Assembly (NCBI GenBank): GCA_004431415.1
Contig: QPMI01000075.1
Span: 54,642 to 118,641 of the forward strand
Length of the DNA: 64,000 nucleotides
DNA from: Cyanophora paradoxa CCMP329
Taxonomy: Eukaryota; Plantae; Glaucophyta
Reading direction: 5' to 3'
The notes beneath the pieces were generated by a model, which was not told where the DNA came from, did not search any database, and saw only the letters and a list, made by a program, of their open reading frames with translations. Numbering within the stretch: position 1 is the first letter of the stretch; the number at the start of each line of letters is the position of its first letter. Position numbers and translations under genes: made by a program. Positions 55,256-64,000 of this stretch are shown piece by piece.

Positions 55256-55550
55256 GGTGGTTGTTACTGCCAGTGAAGTGCAACACCTCCAACGGATTCC
55301 GTTCACGGGTCGTACCCCGCACTGGCTTGCCCCCCCCCCTAACTCGCGAAGACTCAGACTTGAAGCGCGCTTCTCCCCCCGTCCGCGTCGCGTACCCCCC
55401 CAGGCTGCAACCCCCCGTCGGTTTCTCGCTTTTTCTCTCTGGCGATGCAATGCAAGCCGCTCGTTCAAACCAGCTGGAAACTTGGCGCCAAAGCCTTCGC
55501 AGCCCGCGCGCAGCACTCGCAGCAGCGGCGGCAGCAGCAGCGGCGGCGGC

Positions 55551-56930
55551 ATGTCTCGGCTCGCGCTCCCTCCGGAGATCCCGGCTAAGCTGGCGAGGAA
55601 CACGCTGTACGACGTTCTCTGCATCGGCGACAGCTTCGGCATCGATTGGACGGTTTTCGAGGCCGGCATCAGCGACCAGGCGAAGGAGGCGCAGGCCCGG
55701 GCGCTGGAGGATGGCATGCAGTTCAGCCCGAACAGCAAGGATGTGCTGCGCAAGACCGAGCTGGCCGAGCGCAAGCGCAAGCTGGCCGCGGCGCAGACTT
55801 TGAACGCCGAGGGTGCCCCCGGCCCGTCGGTGCAGTTCTCCATCGACTCCGTCCTGTCGCGGCTGCGGCTCGCGGAGGTGCTCGCTGCCTCTTTCTCTCT
55901 GCGCTCGCAGCGGCTGAGGCGCCGCGGCGCATCGCAGGACGCGGACGTGCGGGCGATGCACGCGGCGCTGAACATGACGGAGGAGAACTTCGACACGCCG
56001 AGCAAGCCGAAGCCCGGGCGCGATGCCGACGCCCGCCGGCTGTTCGCGGCGCAGCGCCTGCGGCTGCTCATGGGCGCCGTGCCCCGGCACATCGCCAAGG
56101 GCGAGTGGCGCACGATTGGCCTGCTGACGGGCCCGGAGGAGTTCTACTTCAACCGCATGGCGGAGGCGGCCGGGCACCTGCTCTGGCTGCTGGTGCTCAG
56201 CTCGGACCCGGCCTACAAGCCCGAGGTGCGCCCCAGCCGCCCGTGCAGCCGCGACCGCCCCTCCCCGCCGACCCCGCCGGCCCGCAGATGCTGGCGAAGG
56301 GCATCATGGGCATCGAGGTGCGCTGCATCAAGAAGAACAGCCGCGACTTCATCACGCGCCACGAGAGCTCGGCGGTCTGGGGCGAGCGGCCGGACACCGG
56401 CGTCCTCACCGACGCCTACGCCATCCGCATCGTGCTGGAGGCGGCCTGCCGGACGTGCCGGGACCGCCACGGGCGCCAGGGCATCTGCGCCTTCGACCTG
56501 GTTCCGGAGTTCGAGGTGCCCGGCGTCACCATCGGCGACCGCGTGCAGGTGCGCCGTTTCTATTTGGATGCTATTTAGATGCTATTTAGACTATTTAGAT
56601 GCCATTTAAACCCCCTCGCAGGTCATCCGGCGGTGCTCGATGCCGGACTCGCACGGGCGCCCCATGATCCACGGCGCCGTGAAGTACGTGGTGCCGCGGC
56701 GCACCCTCGCCCTCGCCTTCTTCGTCCCCGTCTTCGACAAGGCGGCCGCCGCCGCCGCCGCCGCCGCCTCCCGCCCCCGCCCCATGCTCGCGGCCACGGA
56801 GTCCTCGGATTCCGGCTCGGATTCCGAGGAGGAGCGCGACGCCGAGGCCGCCGCCGCGGCCCGGGCGCTGGACTTCACGGAGGAGGAGCTCGAGCGGGCG
56901 CGGAGCCTGCGCGCGCCGGCCGGGAGATGA
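55551..56930 (+). CDS. Intron-containing hypothetical element protein (CxxC motif, acidic tail)
   Basis: Four exons join in frame from MSRLALPPE to ..LRAPAGR*; CRTC motif; its TGA overlaps the next ATG. Confidence 0.65.
56561..56610. repeat. 11 bp tandem repeat (TATTTAGATGC)n inside an intron
   Basis: tatttggatgc tatttagatgc tatttagac tatttagatgc catttaaa. Confidence 0.8.
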
Positions 56931-59900
56931 CCGCCGTCTTCAAGGCGGCGATCGGCGAGGCGACGGCCTCCGCCTCCGGCGACGGGGCCGGAGTTAGCAA
57001 GATCACGGCGGAGGGCCTCGCGCGCGCCATGCGCGTGGCCCAGGCCCAGGCCCAGGCGAAGGGCAAGGGCAAGGGCAAGGTCGCCTACATCAACCTCAAG
57101 TTCGAGAAGGAGGACGTGCCCGCCCCGGCGGCGCGGCGCGATCTCGGCGAGCAGATGGAGGCGGCGGCCCCCAAGGCGGCCGGCCCCGAGCCGGCCGGTG
57201 CGCCCTCCCCACCCCAAAATTCTGAGCCTAGGGCGTTCCGGCGCCGCAAAGGAATGACCCTGCCCACAGAGGAGGAGCTGGAGGCCGAGCGCGAGATGGA
57301 GGAGGAGGCCGCGCTGGCGGCGGCGGCGGACGCGAAGGCGGCGCGCGAGCTGGAGGTGGCGGAGGAGTACGCGATGGAGCTGGAGCGCGAGCGCGAGCGC
57401 GAGGGCGAGGCCGACGCCGAGCTGGCGGCGGCGGCGGCGGGGGACACCTTCGAGCCCGAGCCCCCGTCGACGAGTTCTACCCCCTCCCGCCCTCCCCCTC
57501 CCTCGAGTACGCCCCGCCGCCGCCCGTGGAGGAGTTCTCGGACGACGAGCCCGGCGACGCTGGCCCCAGGCCGCCCCTCGTCTCCCCCCGCCGCCCGCCC
57601 GCCCCCGTGCCCCCCGCCAGCCCCGCCGCCTCCGACGTCTCCTGGCGCCCGAGCGGCAACCCCTCGGCCTTCAGCCCCGTCCCGCCGTCGCAGCGCTCGC
57701 AGCGCTCGCAGCGCCCGCCGCCCTCCGTCCAGGGTACCCCCCTCGCCCGCCCCATCCCCTCGCCGCCGCGGGGCACGCCCGTCGCCACGCCCGTCTCCTC
57801 CCTCGGCCACATGCCCCCTCCGCCCCCTCCGGCCCCCCGCGCCGGCCGCCTCTCCCGCCGGGCCCAGCAGCGGCGCGAGCGCGAGCGGCAGCTGCTGCGC
57901 GATCAGCGGGCGGAGGCGGAGGCGGACCACGACGACGGCCAGGCGTCGGAGAGCGACGGCGAGCCGCCGCGCGCCACCAGGCTGGAGCTGGCGCGGGCGG
58001 AGCTGGCGGCGCAGCCGCGCGAGGCGCCCGAGATCGACATGTCCAAGTACGACGACGTGACAACGTACAGCAAGGACAACAAGTCGAGGAAGGAGGCGGC
58101 CATTCAGGATGCGCTCCGCCTCTTCGTCAAGAACAACGTGCGCCCCGCCCCCCTTAGAGGCCGGAGGCGGCCGTGGCCCAGCTGCGTAAGGCGCTGGGTC
58201 CGAGCCGCCTTCGGCCGGTGCGCCCCCCTCCCGCGTTCGAACCCCGCTAACCCCCTTTTGCCGGCGCAGCGGATCGTGCGCCAGAGACCCTACGGCCCGA
58301 ACTCCCCGCCCACCTTCTACGTCGAGCTCCCGAACCTCTTCGTGTACGACAAGGTCAGCGCGAACAGGCACGCCGGGCGCGGGACGATGAAGGAGGTCAT
58401 CCAGCTGCTGGCGATGACCTTCCACAAGACCTACGAGTCCAGCCCCGGCTCCTTCGAGTTCACCTTCTCGAAGGAGGTGCTCTCGGGGCGGACGCGCACG
58501 TTCGTGGAGGAGTCCCTCCAGCTCGAGGACGTCTGCCCGAGATGCCCGTCATCCCCGGCTTCGCCTTTGCCTGCGACACGCGTGCGCCGCCCGTACCCCT
58601 GCGCCCCGCCCCGTACCCCGCCGACGCCCCTTGCGCAGATTTCGTGGTGCGGGCGCCGCAGGACAGCACGGGCAGCGCCTGCACCCTCGTCATGTCGCAC
58701 GAGGAGGCACGGGAGCGGTACGCGGGCTACATGAACACCTGCTACATCCAGGGGCGCCTGCCCGCGGGCATCGAGGAGGCGGCCGAGACGTGCGACTGGC
58801 CCGCCGTGTACGGTATGCTGCATCCCTTCATGCCCAACGTCGTCAAGCACCTGGCGGACAACGGCTACGTGACGGCCGACGAGTTCGGCTACGCGGCGGC
58901 CGTCCTCTACGCCTTCAACCTCGTCGGGCCGTGGAACTTCTGCGACAAGCCCGTCTTCGACCGGGAGCCGCGCGCGGAGATCGAGCCGCCGTCCGAGGCG
59001 CCATGCTGCAGTACTGCGGCATCATCAAGGGCCAGTCGGGCACGGGTGCGCCCCGCCCCCGCCTTTCCCTCTTCCTTTTCCTGAGACCCCGCGCGCGCAG
59101 GCAAGTCGATGGTGACGCAGATCATGACGGAGTGCCTGCCGCCAAGCCGCGTCTGCGTCTACCGCCCCTCCAAGGGCTCGGCCTTCTCGGAGCACGGCGG
59201 CGAGGAGGCGATCTGCATGGTGATGGCGGAGGGCCTCGACCCTAAGGCCTGCTCGGAGGAGGAGCTCAAGATGCGCTCCGGCGACGCCTACTCCCGCAAC
59301 TTCAAGAACGTCCGCGGCGACGACGTGCGCACCAAGGCGACGCGCAAGGTGCTTGTCATCGTCTGCAACAGCTTCCCGCAGGTGCGCCCGTTCCCCTTCC
59401 CCTCCCCGGCGCCCTTTCTCACTTGCCCCGGCGCAGCTCGAGAACCGCATGCTCGAGTTCTTCGCCCGCGTCGTCCTGATCCCCCTCGACCACAAGCCGG
59501 CCAAGAAGCGCACCTACCTCCACTCCGACATCCGCGAGAACGAGCTGCCGGCGCTCATGGTCGCGGCCTTCACCTTCGCGTGGAAGATCATCCACGCGCT
59601 CTCCGACGGCAAGGCCTCCTGCATCCAGGCCTTCGAGCCGGCGTGGCTGCGGGCGCAGCGCCTCGGCTTCTGGCAGGAGACGGCCTCCTGCCCCCTCACC
59701 CGCTTCATCATCACCCACTGCGCCGTCGACCCCACCACCTACGTCGCCGCCCCGAACACGGAGGGCTGGATGACGAGCGTCGCGGGCATCGTCGAGTACA
59801 TCGCGCGCACGGAGGGCCCGGACACCTCCGCCGCCGTCGGCGCCGACATCGAGAACGGCCGGCTGGACGAGACCCTCGCCGGCTTCGGCTCCTGGTGCCG

Positions 59901-60755
59901 CCTCTACTCCTACAAGCTCGGCGGCATCTGGCAGACCTACATCCGCGGCATCGCCCCCAAGGCCCCGCTCTCCCTCGGCGAGAGCCAGCCGGCGCTGGAG
60001 GCGATCGCGATCCCCGTCGCCCAGTTAAAGGACCCGGTGGACGACGTCGGGCCCTTCCTCGTCAAGCCCCACACCAAGGGCAAGGGCAAGCGCACCCGCA
60101 ACTCGGCGCCGGCCTTCCTCCCGCCCCAGCCCCCCGCCACGGCCCCCCAGCAGCGCCCCGGCCAGCAGCGCATCGACGAGATGCTGCCGCGCCAGGTCCG
60201 GCCCCGCGTACCCCCCGCCTTCCCTGTACCCCCCCTCCCCTCGCCCCCCTCCTGATCCAAGGGCAGGGTACCCCGGCGAACGGCGGCGCGGGCCCGAGCG
60301 GCCACGGGAGCTCGGCCTCCCCCGTGAGCGCCGACGGCCCCAGCCCCGTCCCCGGCCCCGGCGCCGTCCTCTCCGCGATCCAGGGCTTCGGGGCCCAGCA
60401 GGAGGCGGAGCGCCGGGCGGCGGCGGTGCGGCAGGAGCAGGAGCGGGAGCAGCGGCGCGTCGGCCTCTGGCACCAGCGCCAGGGGCAGGTCCTCGCGGAG
60501 CGGCTGGACCTGGAGACGGGCGTCCGGACGGGGCAGGTCTCGGGCACCGATGCCGTGGCGCGCTGGCGGGCGATCGAGGCCGCGACCGTGGCGCTGGCGG
60601 AGCAGCTCGGCTACAGCTACCGGCGCGTCGCCGTCCCGCACTCGTACGGGCGGCGGGCGGCGCGGGAGGCCTCGCGGGCGGATATCGACGCGGCGGAGGA
60701 GGTGGCGGCGGCGACGGAGGCCCACGCCCAGACCTTCCGCCACCTCCACCACTAG
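56927..60755 (+). CDS. D5-like superfamily 3 helicase (multi-exon; apparent 1-nt frameshifts)
   Basis: Walker A GQSGTGKS after removing intron 59046-59100, Walker B-like ICMVMAE, motif C VIVCN, Arg-finger region FFARVVLIP; long acidic/Pro-rich N-terminus. Confidence 0.8.
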
Positions 60756-60808
60756 AGCGGCCGCGGGCTAGGTATTTTTTCTCAACCCTCCCTCAATTCG
60801 GTCCCGCG

Positions 60809-61000
60809 ATGGCCCTCGCTGACTCGTATCCTGCCCATTATAGCCTTGGAGCCCTCGCCGCGACCCTCACCTGGCTCCTCGGCGGCACCCCCACCGCCTC
60901 GGCGGTCATCGGCGTGGGCTTCGGCTACGCCGCCAAGACCCTCTACGCCCCCGGCTCCGTCTCGATGGCGACGGCCGGCATGCGCCCCGCCGGGCGCTAA
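60809..61000 (+). CDS. Small hydrophobic protein (63 aa)
   Basis: Two hydrophobic Gly/Ala-rich segments; upstream TTTTTTCT motif. Confidence 0.55.
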   Translation: MALADSYPAHYSLGALAATLTWLLGGTPTASAVIGVGFGYAAKTLYAPGSVSMATAGMRPAGR

Positions 61001-61113
61001 CTTTTCCCTTTTCAAAGTTTTCCAACGTTCATTCCCCCTTTCCCTTTTCCAAGTTGCTCAAGTCCGTCGACGTTCCCTTTTAAATTTTCTTCATTCACGT
61101 TACACGTCTGAAC

Positions 61114-61611
61114 ATGCCGAACGCCGTAGAGAAGCTGTTGTGTACAGTGTTCAAATCGGACTCGCGCTGCAGCAAGATCGGCGAGGCTGCCAAGGGCGGG
61201 GGCGGGGCGAAGGCCGGCGGCGGGGCGGAGGGGCCTAAGATAAGGGGCGCGGACCCGGCGCCGCCGGCGCTGAAGTCGATTAAGGCTGCGGGCAAGGGCC
61301 GCGGCGTCGGGCCCCTGCCCCTCGTAGCGATCGCCCCCGGCCAGAGGGAGGCGGCACACGCGGCGACGGCGGCGCTGGCCTCGCAGCAGCAGAGGGAGGG
61401 GGCGCCGCGCCTGAGCGCCGGCCTCTGGTCGCAGCCTGCGCCCGCGCGCGAGTACGGCGTCAGCGCCTTCTTCGACGGCGCGAACGAGCTTAGCCGCCAG
61501 GAGATCTGGGCCTGGGAGGCGCGGCGCGCGGTCGACGGGCACCTGCCGCTGCTCGTGGCGCTCGGCGGCTCGCTCCTGATGGTCTGGTACCTGCGCGGCC
61601 TCGCGATTTAG
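61114..61611 (+). CDS. Hypothetical protein with C-terminal TM helix
   Basis: Intronless ORF ending LPLLVALGGSLLMVWYLRGLAI; upstream AAATTTTCT. Confidence 0.65.
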   Translation: MPNAVEKLLCTVFKSDSRCSKIGEAAKGGGGAKAGGGAEGPKIRGADPAPPALKSIKAAGKGRGVGPLPLVAIAPGQREAAHAATAALASQQQREGAPRLSAGLWSQPAPAREYGVSAFFDGANELSRQEIWAWEARRAVDGHLPLLVALGGSLLMVWYLRGLAI

Positions 61612-61637
61612 ATAGATTTTCGGAGTCTAGGGCAAAG

Positions 61638-62039
61638 ATGGGCTGGGTAGACGGCCTCCTCACCAAGGTCTTCGGCCCGAAGAGCGCGCAGCCGCCGCCG
61701 AGCTTCAACCTGGCCGCGGCGATCAGCACGACGATCGAGCGCAAGAACAACGAGCTCATCCTCAAGAACGACGGCAAGCTTCCCTGGGCCGACGTGGCCG
61801 CGGGCGCGCTGGGCAGCACGTTGACGGGAATTGATCGGACGGGCGCCGCGGGCGTGAAGGTCGGGCAGGCGGTTGCGGCCGTGCCGGAGCTTGCGATGAA
61901 GGGCTGGCACTACGCCAAGATCGCCGCCGGCGTCGCCGCGGTGCTCCTTGCGATCTGGCTCGCGTGGCAGCTGCGCGGCGCCTACCAGGGCGCGCGGCTT
62001 CAGAGCGCGCAGCTCGACTATTTTCTAAAGGCTAGGTAA
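61638..62039 (+). CDS. Hypothetical membrane protein (MG start, amphipathic N-terminus, C-terminal TM)
   Basis: MGWVDGLLTKVFG..IAAGVAAVLLAIWLAWQL. Confidence 0.7.
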   Translation: MGWVDGLLTKVFGPKSAQPPPSFNLAAAISTTIERKNNELILKNDGKLPWADVAAGALGSTLTGIDRTGAAGVKVGQAVAAVPELAMKGWHYAKIAAGVAAVLLAIWLAWQLRGAYQGARLQSAQLDYFLKAR

Positions 62040-62051
62040 AGCGGGCGAACC

Positions 62052-62429
62052 ATGCCCCGCGGCGGCTCTTCCCCCCGTGTCTCCTTCGCTGAGGAGAACG
62101 CAGCGGACGCTACCCCCCTGGAGCCCGGCGTCAAGCTGGAGCGCGCGAACGCAGTCTCCACCAAGAAGGCCAAGCGCGCGCTGATGCTAGCGGAGGAGAG
62201 CCCAAAGGTGCAGCAGGAGAGTCAGATCATCGCATTCAACAAGCGCAAGACGTACAAGGCGATACGCGAGGGCCAGCTGCTGCCCACGGACGCGGTTCCC
62301 GGCCTGCCGGACACTACGGCCGGCGAGCTCCTAGTGCGCAACCTGCGCCTGCAGTACGTCTCCCGCCTCCGCCGCTCCAAGGCCAAGAAGGCGCGCCTGG
62401 ACTCGGGCGATAGCAGCGCTAGCTCGTAG
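62052..62429 (+). CDS. Basic hypothetical protein with RVxF motif and NLS
   Basis: SPRVSFAE near the N-terminus; RRSKAKKARL near the C-terminus; 12 bp after the previous stop. Confidence 0.65.
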   Translation: MPRGGSSPRVSFAEENAADATPLEPGVKLERANAVSTKKAKRALMLAEESPKVQQESQIIAFNKRKTYKAIREGQLLPTDAVPGLPDTTAGELLVRNLRLQYVSRLRRSKAKKARLDSGDSSASS

Positions 62430-62445
62430 GGCTTTGTACTCAATA

Positions 62446-62730
62446 CTACCAGTTCCTGTTCCTATCCCAGAGCACGACTCGGGTAAAGGGCACGGTCATA
62501 GCGAACATGAACTCGGCAAACTTGGAAAAGTTCATGAGGGTCCCCAGGCGCGGGTCCTCCCAGTAGATCGCTTCGCGCAGGGCCTCGTAGATGCGCATGA
62601 GGGAGCGCTCGTTCTCGGTCGCGAAGGCGTCGGAGGGCTCGTCCGGGTCCGGATCCGAGAGCTCCGAGTACTCGTCCGAGCTGCCCGCGCTCTCGACGCC
62701 TGCGGCCGGGTCGGGCGAGGGGTCAGCCAT
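62446..62730 (-). CDS. Small acidic hypothetical protein
   Basis: Intronless 94 aa ORF with upstream ATTTTCT. Confidence 0.6.
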   Translation of the reverse strand: MADPSPDPAAGVESAGSSDEYSELSDPDPDEPSDAFATENERSLMRIYEALREAIYWEDPRLGTLMNFSKFAEFMFAMTVPFTRVVLWDRNRNW

Positions 62731-62757
62731 TCTTAAAGCTAGGGCTAGAAAATCGGA

Positions 62758-63096
62758 CTAGCGCCGGTACTCCATCGAGTCGCCGCGCCAGTACTTGTTG
62801 CCGGAGGCGAGCAGCTTCATCGGCTCGCCCGTCGAATCGTGCGTCCAGGCCTCGCCCGTCCAGACGGCCGTGCCGCCGTCCTCTAGCTTGAGGCGGTGGC
62901 CCGCCTCGAGCCGATCGCCGTTGAGCATGCGGCCGGCCATGAGCGCCAGGTCCCACTCGGTGAGGCCGCGCTGCTCTTCGGGGGTGAGGCCGCGCTCGAC
63001 GCGCTCGGGCTGGCGCGCCTCGCGCTCCATGCGGCTGAGGCCCACTAGGAAGAAGATCGGCAGCGCAAAGGCCATGAGATCTAGCAGGGCCTCCAT
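62758..63096 (-). CDS. Hypothetical protein with N-terminal TM helix
   Basis: MEALLDLMAFALPIFFLVGL; upstream CTTTTCT. Confidence 0.65.
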   Translation of the reverse strand: MEALLDLMAFALPIFFLVGLSRMEREARQPERVERGLTPEEQRGLTEWDLALMAGRMLNGDRLEAGHRLKLEDGGTAVWTGEAWTHDSTGEPMKLLASGNKYWRGDSMEYRR

Positions 63097-63107
63097 TGAG
63101 AAGGGAC

Positions 63108-63398
63108 TTAGAAAAGGTTCCGGGCCAGGCCCGAGAGCTGCGGGCCCAGGCGCCGGGCGGCGTAGTAGAGCGCGGCGGCCGCGGCGGCCAGGATCAGGAG
63201 GCGAGGCGGGCCGCGCGCGGGCTCCTCCAAGGTCAAGTCCACGGTCTCGGGCTCGCGCGCCGACGTTGCCAGGATCTCGGGCTCGGAGCTGAGGGACTTG
63301 GGCCCGCGGCGGCGGCGCTGCTTGGGAGCGGAGGCGGCGGCCACAGAGAGAAGGTCCTCGGGCTCCTGCTTGATACCTGCACAGTCAGCAAAGTCCAT
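63108..63398 (-). CDS. Small protein with SUMO-site, NLS and SIM-like motifs and a C-terminal TM helix
   Basis: ATG 63398: MDFADCAGIKQEPE..PKQRRRRGPK..ETVDLTLEE..LLILAAAAAALYYAA. Confidence 0.6.
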   Translation of the reverse strand: MDFADCAGIKQEPEDLLSVAAASAPKQRRRRGPKSLSSEPEILATSAREPETVDLTLEEPARGPPRLLILAAAAAALYYAARRLGPQLSGLARNLF

Positions 63399-63568
63399 GC
63401 TTGCTGGGTACCTTGGAAAATTGTGATAGCTCACGTGAGCGCTCAGCTGAAGAGGGGGGGAGAAGTGACGCGGACGCGTCCCAAACCCGTCACCGTCACA
63501 GCGCAAGAGACTTGGACTCGGGGTCCCGGCCAAATTCTCGCCGGCAAAAAATCTAGGGGTACGGCCAA

Positions 63569-64000
63569 ATGACTGCTATCCCAGCAGAGAGGGAGTTCCT
63601 GTCCAACGCTATGAGAAGGGCAGAGGAGCTGGAAGTGCAGAAGGCCATGCGCCTAGCGCTCAGCGGCTCGCTGGAGAACCAAGGCAGGAGGCTGGCATTA
63701 GAAGAGGCAAAGGCGCGGGGCGCTAGCGCAGACGAGCTAAGCCAGTTCGACTGGGGCCCGCAGCGCTTAAGGCCCGGAGGCCAGGCCGGCCAGGTCTTCC
63801 CGGCGCCGCCGGCGCGCTCGCCTAACGATGTGTTGAACCTGCAGTTCAACTACCAGACAATGCTGAGCACGATAGAGGAAGCGGGCTGGCAGCTTCCCGA
63901 CGCCGTGCGCGAGCGCATCGCTTACTACGTCTTTGGAGAGGGAGAAGAGCAGCTGTGGAAGCTCACAAGGGGCGTGTTCGCGGGGCTGTTCGGCGAACCG
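63569..64000 (+). CDS. Hypothetical protein, open to window end (absent from ORF track because it has no stop)
   Basis: MTAIPAEREFLSNAMRRAEELEVQKAMRLAL..; 144 codons without a stop; upstream AAATTCT. Confidence 0.65.
   Translation, partial: MTAIPAEREFLSNAMRRAEELEVQKAMRLALSGSLENQGRRLALEEAKARGASADELSQFDWGPQRLRPGGQAGQVFPAPPARSPNDVLNLQFNYQTMLSTIEEAGWQLPDAVRERIAYYVFGEGEEQLWKLTRGVFAGLFGEP

Larger units (their letters stand above)
48400..64000. mobile_element. Candidate endogenous DNA virus / large virus-like element (left edge approximate, continues past window)
   Basis: Abrupt switch to densely packed ORFs with few-bp gaps, a YqaJ exonuclease, an SF3/D5-like helicase, small TM proteins, a shared upstream motif and no recognisable housekeeping genes. 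Confidence 0.75.

Noticed and set aside
56100-56340. Prim-Pol primase call from IGLLTG..LLVLSSD..GIEVR
   Set aside because: The catalytic DxD is absent and motif spacing is wrong; needs a structure search and is not asserted.
56640-56700. HUH rolling-circle Rep motif in SHGRPMIHGAVKY
   Set aside because: The first His of HUH is missing and I saw no downstream YxxK motif.
48400-64000. Bacterial prophage contamination
   Set aside because: The central genes carry host-style spliceosomal introns, the proteins have eukaryotic motifs, and there is no consistent Shine-Dalgarno pattern.

Overview
GC-rich eukaryotic nuclear DNA with many short GC-rich spliceosomal introns, many of them GC-AG. It is probably from a plastid-bearing protist or alga; the taxon is an inference. 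Most long ORFs in the six-frame track are GC-rich shadows, so I rebuilt the genes by eye by joining exons. Host part (1-48 kb): an LRR-SAM-TIR protein, an F-box protein, an MFSD12-like transporter, a coiled-coil protein, glycerol kinase, a large lower-GC multi-pass membrane gene lying inside a split inverted MSH4 pseudogene, intact MSH4, a Zn alcohol dehydrogenase, a WD40 protein, a bacterial-type uL29, a PhyH dioxygenase and a ketopantoate-reductase-like protein. From about 48.4 kb to the window end there is a candidate endogenous DNA virus or large mobile element. It has tightly packed intronless ORFs (GNAT, YqaJ exonuclease, several small membrane proteins) sharing an upstream WWWTTC(T) motif, a hairpin-rich origin-like spacer, and three intron-containing genes, including a D5-like SF3 helicase whose Walker A motif is split by an intron. 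No capsid, packaging ATPase, polymerase, integrase or element terminus is visible, so the viral class cannot be fixed. Gene boundaries are approximate where stated.
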